DNA from: Octopus bimaculoides
Lineage: Eukaryota
Length of the DNA stretch: 47,023 nt
Reading direction: 5' to 3'
Assembly (NCBI RefSeq): GCF_001194135.2
Contig: NC_068988.1
Location: 26,862,821 to 26,909,843 of the forward strand
Of this stretch, positions 36,514 through 47,023 are shown piece by piece. The notes below the pieces were generated by a model, which ran no database searches, was not told where the DNA came from, and saw only the letters and a list, made by a program, of their open reading frames with translations. The translations under genes were made by a program, and so were the position numbers. Position 1 is the stretch's first letter, and each line of letters opens with the position of its first letter.

Positions 36514-37297
36514 TATTACATATACATATTCTTATATAATCTGGCCCTTTTAAAGACCCTTTAATTCAATAACTTCATCTTCTGGCATCCGAAATACCTG
36601 TATTTATCCAATGAGGCCTAAATACATTTAAAACGGTGGAATTGAAAGAACAACGTTGTCTGAACGTGGACAAGTTATTCCAAAAGTTCGTTCTTTGATG
36701 CTGCAAGCAGTGGCGACATACAGTACTCCTGGAATATAATTTATAACAGACGTGAAATAAACGAGTTTAAGCTCGATGATAATATGTGTGTTTTTATATT
36801 TAATTTTTTTAGAAGATTAATTACATCCAGTTTAATTCATTGCTTTGAGCATAATTAATATTAACTGCTTTGAGGCCATTGAATTGTTAAAAAAAACACC
36901 AAGTTGTTTGACTTACAGATTTGAAACACTTGATTACACACTCAACAGCCTTCCATGCACTTATATCTCAGCTAAAGTACACAGAAGTTTGTGTAAAATA
37001 TGAAGTGATGTGTATTTCTGTTTTGTATAAGTAAAACAATTTGTTACATGACAAGGTTAAGGAAAACACTCTTAAGTGAAATACTAAGAAATGTAAATGT
37101 GAAATAAGATTACTTTTCACTTGTCAAGTTACTTTCTTAAAATTGTATTGCAATTTTATGTTAATGCGTTGATATATGTCAGCGTTTGGACACACACTCC
37201 ACACCATACACACATAAATATACACGTATGTGTGTACATAAATGTATATATATTCATATACACAGATCTATATTTACATATCTATATGTGGAAAGAT

Positions 37298-37360
<63 letters not shown>

Positions 37361-37928
37361 NNNNNNNNNNNNNNNNNNNNNNNNNNNNNNNNNNNNNNNN
37401 NNNNNNNNNNNNNNNNNNNNNNNNNNNNNNNNNNNNNNNNNNNNNNNNNNNNNNNNNNNNNNNNNNNNNNNNNNNNNNNNNNNNNNNNNNNNNNNNNNNN
37501 NNNNNNNNNNNNNNNNNNNNNNNNNNNNNNNNNNNNNNNNNNNNNNNNNNNNNNNNNNNNNNNNNNNNNNNNNNNNNNNNNNNNNNNNNNNNNNNNNNNN
37601 NNNNNNNNNNNNNNNNNNNNNNNNNNNNNNNNNNNNNNNNNNNNNNNNNNNNNNNNNNNNNNNNNNNNNNNNNNNNNNNNNNNNNNNNNNNNNNNNNNNN
37701 NNNNNNNNNNNNNNNNNNNNNNNNNNNNNNNNNNNNNNNNNNNNNNNNNNNNNNNNNNNNNNNNNNNNNNNNNNNNNNNNNNNNNNNNNNNNNNNNNNNN
37801 NNNNNNNNNNNNNNNNNNNNNNNNNNNNNNNNNNNNNNNNNNNNNNNNNNNNNNNNNNNNNNNNNNNNNNNNNNNNNNNNNNNNNNNNNNNNNNNNNNNN
37901 NNNNNNNNNNNNNNNNNNNNNNNNNNNN

Positions 37929-37981
<53 letters not shown>

Positions 37982-38520
37982 CACGTACATGCATGCAGCC
38001 TGTATGTGTGTGTTTATGTGTATGTATCACGTACATACATGTAGCTTCTGTGTGTGTGTATGCGTGTATGTATGTGTGTGTGTGTACATATATTTTATGT
38101 GTGTATATGTACAAAAAAGGTAACATAGACAGATATTCTCAAGATACAACTGAAAATACATCCCGATGCCTATTTTCTGTTTCATGTATTGGAGAATTTT
38201 TACATTGCAACATTTAAACAACATTAAAAATGGTGCTATTACAGACGTATTAATTTCCAAATCTATCTAAAAGACATATGCATACTGAAAATACACGGAA
38301 CCGAATGTTGAAGCTAATTATAAATACGTTATACCTGGGGACAAATGCATTGAGCGTCTAGAACACCAGTTAATATAAATATATAGAATAAAATGTTTAT
38401 GTTAATGTAACTCGTTTGCAGTCTTTCAATTATAGCTTCTCTTTCCATGAGATTTGTATAAATTAGACTCTAAATAAATGTATATATTATATAAATATTA
38501 CATAGAGCACTCTTATGTAA

Positions 38521-38571
<51 letters not shown>

Positions 38572-38760
38572 ACTATGTGTGTTTGAGTTTGTGTGTGTAT
38601 GGAAGGGTGGGTTGAAAACTGTATATGTGTACCAATTTGTATTTATACATGTGTGAGTATTTGTTTATGTATAAAATCAGGCATGTGTGTGTGTGTGTGT
38701 GAGTGTGTGTGTGTATATGTATGTATGGATGGATGGATACATGCATGCATGCATGCATAA

Positions 38761-38960
38761 GTGGCACTTCGTCGGTTACGACGACGAGTGTTGCACTTGG
38801 TTCGATCAACTGCACAATCTGCTTGTGAAATTAACGTCTAAGTGACTGAGCAGTCCTCAACCACGCGTATCCCTAACGTAGTTCTCGGGGAGATTCAACG
38901 TGAACGTGAATATGACAAGGCTGGCCCTTTGAATTATATGTAAAACTCATTTTTGCCAGC
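38761..38960 (-). mobile_element. SINE family A body, head missing
   Basis: Aligns to 4871-5045 and to 31490-31525 (ctcatttttgccagct). Confidence 0.8.
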
Positions 38961-39009
38961 TCATTGATACAAGGACCTCGCCGGTAACGATCCTGAACCG
39001 AACACGCAA

Positions 39010-39147
39010 GAGAACGGTAGAATAAGTACCAGGCTTACAAAGAATGAATCCAGGGGTCGATTTATTCGACTAAAAAGTGGTGCTCCAGCCTGGCCACAGC
39101 CAAACGACTGAATCAAGTAAAAGAACAAAAGAACAAAAGAATAAAAG
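39010..39147. mobile_element. Dispersed repeat family C fragment
   Basis: Reverse-complement relative of 44150-44275 (agaataagtaccaggcttacaaagaat...ggggtcgatt..ttcgactaaa..gtggtgctccagc). Confidence 0.75.
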
Positions 39148-40275
39148 CTGTGTGAGTCATTGACAATTTTCCAACGACTACAAAATCAAAGCATTTCTCT
39201 TCAGAATATGTAAGACGAACATTTAAGGGAACACCAAGAAACCTATTGAAAAGACAGAGATGAACAGCGACAGAGCTTATTTGTCTTCATGCTATGGTTT
39301 ATGTGTTGACAATAGCTAAAATTGTGGGTGTATGAGTGTTACGTGTAGTGTACATGCTTTCCTGTTCGTGTGTATGAGTTTGTGAATGTATGTGTGTATG
39401 TGTTTGTGTGTGTCGGTGTGTGTGTGTTTGTGTGTATGAGTGAATGAGTGAGTGGGTGAGTGGAAGCGCTAAAAGTCTAAGTGCGCGAATTTAAATACAG
39501 AAGTGAAATGAAATGCATTTATGAATTTATAAATACGTTCTAAAAAATTAGAAAATAACAAAATCAGTTTATCACATGTGCATATATATAATATACGCAT
39601 ATGTAGTATATATATGTGTGTATGTGTGTGTGTGTGTTTGTGTGTGTGCGTGTGTGTGTATGTATGTATATATACATATATATATATACATATATATAGA
39701 GACAGATAAACAGATAGATAGATACATACATATATAGATTCGTATATATACATATATTTATAAACGTAAACTGATTTTGCCACATTGATATATATAAATT
39801 CACGGTGGTGCATCAGCATGGCCGCAGCTCTAAGCTGAAACTTTAAAAGAAAAAATATATATATATATATANNNNNNNNNNNNNNNNNNNNNNNNNNNNN
39901 NNNNNNNNNNNNNNNNNNNNNNNNNNNNNNNNNNNNNNNNNNNNNNNNNNNNNNNNNNNNNNNNNNNNNNNNNNNNNNNNNNNNNNNNNNNNNNNNNNNN
40001 NNNNNNNNNNNNNNTATAATGATAGATGGATGGCGTGGGTTCCATGTCGAAGATGGGAAATACGTAGGAAAAGCTATAACCAAGAAAGTCAGAGTAAGAA
40101 AGAAAAATGGCGGGGAAAATGTTATAAAGTTACACACAAGAAAAAAGAAATACGAGGCTTGTCATAAAATGACTAAACAGTGAAGATTTGGAAAGAAATA
40201 CGGTTTGTACTCTTATTGTAATGGAAAGTTAAAAAAGAATGTCATCTATCTCAAGATGAAACACACATACATACA

Positions 40276-40308
<33 letters not shown>

Positions 40309-40483
40309 GTATATATATGCATGCACACACACACATATATATGCGTGTGTGTATGTCTGTGTGTATGTATGTATATATATGTTTATATGCGTATACAGAC
40401 GCTTATACACACACGAACATGTGGATCCAAATGTATATTTTTATGAGTACATGGTCATGTACACACGTTTAACAAATGCACTT

Positions 40484-40517
<34 letters not shown>

Positions 40518-40568
40518 CTTAAACATAAATACATACATATGCATGCATTAGATATATGTGTGTGTGTA

Positions 40569-40633
<65 letters not shown>

Positions 40634-41284
40634 CTGTGTATATATAAATATATAGATAGATAGATTGATAGACAGAAAGAGAGAGAGAGGGAGAAAGAGA
40701 AAGATAGAGAGAAAGAGATACACACAAACATACATACATACGTTCCCGCATGTATGCACACAGACATATGTGTATTTTATGCCTGAAAATAAATGTGTCT
40801 ATATTTATATGTGTATGTAAAGTCACTTTCTGTGCATGCTGCACGTATATATATGCATATATGTGTGTGTGTGTTTGTGTGTGCGTGTATGTGTGTGTTT
40901 GTGTGTGCTTGTATGAGTGCATGCATAAACATCATCTAAGATACACATGTATGCTGTCATAATCACGCGTACACATGCATACTGATACGCACACACATAC
41001 GCATACATACACACAAATTACACACACACATATATATATATAGGTTCATGCATATGCATTCATACACGCATACAGTAGGATACACAAGTGCAGCGAAATT
41101 ATATTTGAGAGATATGCGCCATGCGCACCACCAAAGTTATATGCATACATTTCCATACATATATACAAATACACTTAAACGCCTTAATAGATTAAAAATG
41201 TATACATATATAAAAATAAAATAATAACAAAAATGTGTAAAATATACAGATAAATCCGCAAACATCCAATTAAAGTTACGCGGG

Positions 41285-41292
41285 AGAAAGAG

Positions 41293-41330
<38 letters not shown>

Positions 41331-41638
41331 GGAGACGGAGAGAGGCAGTGAGTCAAGGGGGGAGAGAATGAAGGAATTGAGGGAAGGGAAAATTGAAGCA
41401 TAGAGTCTAGGTGTGTGGGTGAGGAGGTGCGTAGAACTGGAGAAAGAAACTAAGAAAGAAGGGAAGGAAAAGAGAGGGAGGGAGGGAGGAAGGAAGGAAG
41501 GAAGGAAGGAAGGAAGGAAGGAAGGAAGGAAGGAAGGAAGGAAGGAAGGAAGGAAGGAAGGAAGGAACGGCGGGTTGGAGGGACGGAAGGAGGGAGGGAG
41601 GGAGAAGAGAAAAAAGAAAGAATTAATGAATGAAAAAG

Positions 41639-41669
<31 letters not shown>

Positions 41670-41686
41670 AGGAAAGAAGGAAGGAA

Positions 41687-41719
<33 letters not shown>

Positions 41720-42215
41720 GAAGGAAGGAAGGAAGGAAGGAAGAAAAAGAGAAATGAAGAAATATAGGAAGGAAATCAGGAACAAGCGAAGATGAATACA
41801 TGACAAAGGCGTGAAGGAACGAAAGAATAGTAGACAGAAAGGAGTAAATGAAGGAAGTATACAAGCAGGAAAAAGGAACGAATGAATGGAGAGAAGAATT
41901 GAGAAAGGAAGAACGACAGAAGTAATGAATGAATGAACGAAAAATGAAAAGAGATAAAAGTAAGAAACTGAAGGAAGATGAGAAGTTTGGGAAAGGTGAT
42001 AAATGAAGGAGTAAGAAAAAAATTGAAAGAAAAAAAAAGAATTATTGAAAGAGAACAGACTGAGAGAAAAAGGAGAAAATAACGGGAAAGAAAGAAGGAA
42101 GGAAAAAGAAGAAAAGGAAGAAAATATAAAAGAAACTACAAACAAATAAACAAAGCAAAAAAAAAAGAAATTACGCGAGGAAAAATGGAGGAAGGAACAT
42201 AAAAAAATGGAAAAT
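41285..42215. repeat. ~900-bp purine-rich tract with (GA)n, (GGAA)n and (GAAA)n
   Basis: Direct reading. Confidence 0.92.
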
Positions 42216-42339
42216 GACGGGAAAATTATTTTTAAAAATCCATTTGAACTCCTACATCAAAAGATATTAATGTAACGTAGTATCAGTAGAACTTACATTG
42301 AATTGTGTTGGTAGTGTCTATATTCCAACACAATTCCAC

Positions 42340-42635
42340 AAGTTGTTGTTGTTGTTGTTATTGTTGATAGAATAGTGGTGGTTGTGGTGGAGGTGGTGGT
42401 TGTGGTAGTGGTGGTAATGGTGCTGGTTTGGTGCTCTTAGCTAATGTTACTCGTTGTGATGGCGATTGTGTTTATAGTAGTTAGTGATTGTTGCAGCAGC
42501 AGACAAAGTTGCTGAGTTAGTAGTATTTATTGTTGTTGCTATTGTAGTCATAATAGTAGATGTTGTAGCTATTGTTGTTGTTGTTGTTATACATGTAGTA
42601 GTAGTAGTAGTATTCACAGCAATAATTGCAGTGGT
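42340..42635. repeat. GTT/GTG/GTA trinucleotide low-complexity region
   Basis: Direct reading. Confidence 0.85.
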
Positions 42636-43002
42636 AGTGTACAGAATACGATACGTTTGTTGCATTCTCTCGGCGGCTTGATCGCTTGCTTTCTCTGTAT
42701 TATTTTATTATTTCCTCTCTAGGATAAAGGAATAAACTTGTTTCAGATATTACAAACGAAGTGTATTAAATGCAGAGACTTGCAATTATTGTCAGACCGA
42801 TTAAACAACAGAAATCAGTGGTGAAACATATTCAATCTTACACACTAATGCAGGCTGGATTTCTGTGATGTGCACTAAAGTTATCTCTTGTCTGTATTTT
42901 GTTTTAAAAAAAACAAAAGAAAAAACAAATTTGACTAAACATTGTCGTGGGTTAATAAATAGCAACATCGAATTGAGACGAGATTAAAGTACGTGAGATT
43001 AC

Positions 43003-43039
<37 letters not shown>
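43003..43039. repeat. (TAG)n microsatellite
   Basis: Direct reading. Confidence 0.95.
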
Positions 43040-43041
43040 CA

Positions 43042-43250
43042 GGCGGCGAACTAGCAGAAAAGTTAGCACGACGGGCGACATGCTTAGCGGTATTTCGTCT
43101 GTCCTTACGTTCTCAGTTCAAATTCTGCCGAGGTAGACTTTGCCTTTCATGCTTTCGGGGTCGATAAATTAAGTAGCAGTTGAGTACTGGGGTCGTTCTA
43201 ATCGACTGGTCCCATCCCCAAAACTTTCAGGCCTTGTACCTACAAAAGAG
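43042..43250 (+). mobile_element. tRNA-derived SINE, family B; most complete copy in the window
   Basis: ggcggcgaactagcagaaaagttagc (A-box-like) ... cagttcaaattctgcc (B-box-like) ... gactttgcctttcat.ctttcggggtcgataaattaagta. Confidence 0.88.
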
Positions 43251-44149
43251 TAAATTTATTTTTATTATTCAGAATTCGATGGTTATGAATTTGAAACTAC
43301 AAAAACACAAACCGTGCTTCAGTGCAACACTATAGCTTAAGATCTTGGTATTTCACCGTGATAACTTCTAACAATATAAATCTCTCATTTACTTTCGCTT
43401 CATCACTCCAAGTATTTGTAAATTTTCTTTTGTGCCTTTTTCGTAGTTGCACCAAATTTAACACCCGACAGTTTAATCATTAATCAAATTAACTCACCAC
43501 GATTTCAAGTCAGTCATTCAATTGTTTTGCCTAAATCGGTCACAGATTTTTAATTAAACTGAAGTGGTAGGCATCTCCCTTTTAAATCATGCAAACTACT
43601 TACGATTGGACAACATATATCTTGTGCTGGCGCCACCTCCTGGACTAGTTGTCACACCTTACTCAAATCACTGCCTGGTATTTCAAAACCAAGAAGCAGC
43701 ACATTATATAATACATTCGGAGATACGCAATACTTGAAAAGAGAAACGAGATAAACACAGCTAGAACTCTTTCGATCATACACTGTCTCAATCAGTACCG
43801 ACTGACTTACAACTGGATAACAACAAAATCGACCACAACAACAAACCATGGTTTAATTCCAATCCGATTCTTCCTAACGTGAGGCCATCAGTATCCCAAA
43901 ATTCTATCATTTTACTGGAGACTTTATATTTAACCTTTCCATTTTTGGCAGCAAAACCATTTAGGCTTAGCAGGTTTTAAACTTTTGTTTACGCTATACA
44001 GAGCGTAGGTGTTTTAACGTAGTAAAAATTTATTTGATTCTTATAACTAAATTATAACTAAAATTGATTCTTATAACTAAAATTTTAAGCATGCTATAGT
44101 TATTGAAATATATAAATATATAAGTACATATATAAGTATTTATGTAGTC

Positions 44150-44345
44150 TTTTAGTCTTTTATTAGTTTCAGTCATTTGACTGCGGCCATGCTGGGGCAC
44201 CACCTTTAGTCGAACAAATCGACCCCAGGACTTATTCTTTGTAAGCTTAGTATTTATTCTATCGGTCTCATTTTTCTTTTGCCGAACTGCTAGGCTACGG
44301 GGACGTAAACACACCAACATCGGTTCTCATGTGATGGTGGGGGAC
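44150..44345. mobile_element. Dispersed repeat family C
   Basis: ttcagtcatttgactgcggccatgctggggcaccacctttagtcgaacaaatcgaccccaggacttattc; relatives at 10.4 kb and 39.0 kb. Confidence 0.8.
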
Positions 44346-45868
44346 AAGTACAGACATATAAATACATTCATTCATACATATATACATACATGCATATATA
44401 TATATGTATGCATGTATGTATACATATATATTACAAATTAAAAGGATAACTTCTGTATATGGTGAAGCAAATGCTTTCTGATCCCTTAATTATGTTTATA
44501 AATATATAAATATATATACATATATATTACAAATTAAAAGGATAACTTCTGTATATGGTGAAGCANNNNNNNNNNNNNNNNNNNNNNNNNNNNNNNNNNN
44601 NNNNNNNNNNNNNNNNNNNNNNNNNNNNNNNNNNNNNNNNNNNNNNNNNNNNNNNNNNNNNNNNNNNNNNNNNNNNNNNNNNNNNNNNNNNNNNNNNNNN
44701 NNNNNNNNNNNNNNNNNNNNNNNNNNNNNNNNNNNNNNNNNNNNNNNNNNNNNNNNNNNNNNNNNNNNNNNNNNNNNNNNNNNNNNNNNNNNNNNNNNNN
44801 NNNNNNNNNNNNNNNNNNNNNNNNNNNNNNNNNNNNNNNNNNNNNNNNNNNNNNNNNNNNNNNNNNNNNNNNNNNNNNNNNNNNNNNNNNNNNNNNNNNN
44901 NNNNNNNNNNNNNNNNNNNNNNNNNNNNNNNNNNNNNNNNNNNNNNNNNNNNNNNNNNNNNNNNNNNNNNNNNNNNNNNNNNNNNNNNNNNNNNNNNNNN
45001 NNNNNNNNNNNNNNNNNNNNNNNNNNNNNNNNNNNNNNNNNNNNNNNNNNNNNNNNNNNNNNNNNNNNNNNNNNNNNNNNNNNNNNNNNNNNNNNNNNNN
45101 NNNNNNNNNNNNNNNNNNNNNNNNNNNNNNNNNNNNNNNNNNNNNNNNNNNNNNNNNNNNNNNNNNNNNNNNNNNNNNNNNNNNNNNNNNNNNNNNNNNN
45201 NNNNNNNNNNNNNNNNNNNNNNNNNNNNNNNNNNNNNNNNNNNNNNNNNNNNNNNNNNNNNNNNNNNNNNNNNNNNNNNNNNNNNNNNNNNNNNNNNNNN
45301 NNNNNNNNNNNNNNNNNNNNNNNNNNNNNNNNNNNNNNNNNNNNTGTGTGTGTGTGTATTATGGTTCTTTTCAGTAGCTGGTGTCGCTTTCGTGACCTAA
45401 GTTGAACAAGTCATTTTGAATTTGTCGCAAACCTCTCACTCTTCCCCTAGTAAATGATATGGTGACACATCCTACGTTCCCACGAAAATCTAAGTCACAT
45501 AGAACTGATTCAAACTGTTATTACACACGCGCGCGCGCACACACACACACATATAGATATAGATATAACTTGTTTTAAATCTCTGAGCGAGAAATATATA
45601 GTAACAGTACCGAACAGTAAAGTTTATATGCCAACAGAATGTGGCAGTCTTATAAAGGGCGATAATACTGTTGTTTAAGCCCCAGATAAACATCTTTTCC
45701 ACCTGGCGTATAGCATTTGCAAGGGAGGTCATCGCTCTCATCTCTAGCCTTATGTGATACTCACAGACCTAGGTTTCTGGTTGGTCACCAGTCCTCGGTG
45801 GGAGACAACCATAAGCTAGTGACGAAAACTCTCTCCATATAGCTCTCTCCACAAGCTAGTGACAAAGG

Positions 45869-45932
<64 letters not shown>

Positions 45933-46170
45933 GATGAGCAGTGAATTGCCTTTTTTTTATAATTTAGCCATAGATATTCTCAGACAAATAAATTTAGTCT
46001 GTTTCAACTTAACTGAAGCCACTTTCTTATCAAATGTAATTGAATATGAATATTTTGCATATTTTCATCTCTATTTTCCGTATTAATTTTTTTTTCTCGC
46101 TACTGTTCTGTCTTTGCCATTTTAGATTACTCAGATACATAAATATAGATTTTATAAGGTGAATATTACA

Positions 46171-46473
46171 TTACATGTCTGTTTCTTCATTCTTTTGTAT
46201 TATATTTCCAGAAATTTCAAAAATAGTTGAATTAGCATCTACATTTTCTATTTTCTGGTTGTTCTCAGATTTAAATAATCGCTCCGTTGCCAAGACTGGG
46301 GAAAACGCTTCATTAAATATATATTTACAAGTATTAATATTTTCCTTATTCGGTATAATTTTTAGTATTATCTCACCCTCTATATTACTGCAAACATCTC
46401 CGACATAATACATTTTAATACTGTTAACTATGTTTAAAATGGCTTCGCTTTTGCAAATCAAGCAGCTTTCAAT
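46171..46473 (-). CDS. Candidate terminal coding exon of an unidentified gene (100 codons)
   Basis: ttttatgtag acceptor followed by a stop-free frame IESCLICKSEAILNIVNSIK...IIQKNEETDM* in very AT-rich DNA; no recognisable domain. Confidence 0.45.
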   Translation of the reverse strand: MESCLICKSEAILNIVNSIKMYYVGDVCSNIEGEIILKIIPNKENINTCKYIFNEAFSPVLATERLFKSENNQKIENVDANSTIFEISGNIIQKNEETDM

Positions 46474-46742
46474 CTACATAAAACGTTTAGTGGTATGTTA
46501 AGTAAAGCTAAAATCGCATCAAGTAATAAAGACAGCGACACGAACACGTAGACATACGCCAATACACACACTGACGTGCACACGCGCGCGGACACACACG
46601 CTCACACGCACACACACTCACACACACAAATATGTAATAAATTTATAAGCATATACATGAAAAATTTCATACATTTACATTAATCTTTATATATATATAT
46701 ATATATATACATATATATACGTATATTTTATGCTTACTACAT

Positions 46743-46756
46743 ATACACAGATAGAC

Positions 46757-46822
<66 letters not shown>
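46743..46822. repeat. (GACA)/(GATA)n microsatellite
   Basis: Direct reading. Confidence 0.95.
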
Positions 46823-46823
<1 letters not shown>

Positions 46824-47023
46824 ATTTATCTACATACACTTCCTTTCTCTGAGAGCATATGTGTATGTAATCTAGTTTTTATGAGAAAATTTTAATTTCC
46901 TCTGCACCAGTTTAACTACACACACACGCACAAAAACAAACACACACACTCACACACATGCATACACACTCAGTCATGTAGGTGTCTATATACGTATATA
47001 TATATATATATATATATATATAT

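Noticed and set aside
41184-42145. Long F/L/S/P and K/E/G/R ORFs
   Set aside because: Products of the (GGAA)n/(GAAA)n tract

Overview
This is AT-rich, microsatellite-dense animal genomic DNA from a gapped assembly with 11 N-runs, nearly all flanked by simple repeats. The tRNA-derived SINE families and repeat density suggest a coleoid cephalopod, probably Octopus; this is an inference from recalled repeat consensus sequences and was not tested by a search. There are no prokaryotic features, and no complete host gene can be called with confidence. Well-supported content is decayed mobile DNA: (i) a single-frame, stop-interrupted L1/Tx1-type ORF1 with a CCHC knuckle and no following ORF2 (1.8-3.35 kb); (ii) two R4/Dong-type RLE retrotransposon remnants (5.2-5.4 kb and 17.7-18.95 kb); (iii) a Penelope-like terminal fragment carrying a minimal hammerhead-ribozyme fold (5879-5924); (iv) a TA-flanked mariner MITE that keeps the last 20 transposase codons (22420-22667); (v) a Helitron 3' end with a PIF1-helicase C-terminus, hairpin and CTAG (30.1-30.9 kb), next to a tandem repeat carrying a related hairpin; (vi) many SINE copies, including a cluster of four with an inverted pair. 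Several exon-like islands (1.1-1.4, 16.6, 24.1-24.3, 33.9, 35.2, 35.6, 43.8 and 46.2-46.5 kb) hint at host genes, but their strand and identity could not be settled by eye. Most entries in the ORF track are artefacts of microsatellites or gaps.
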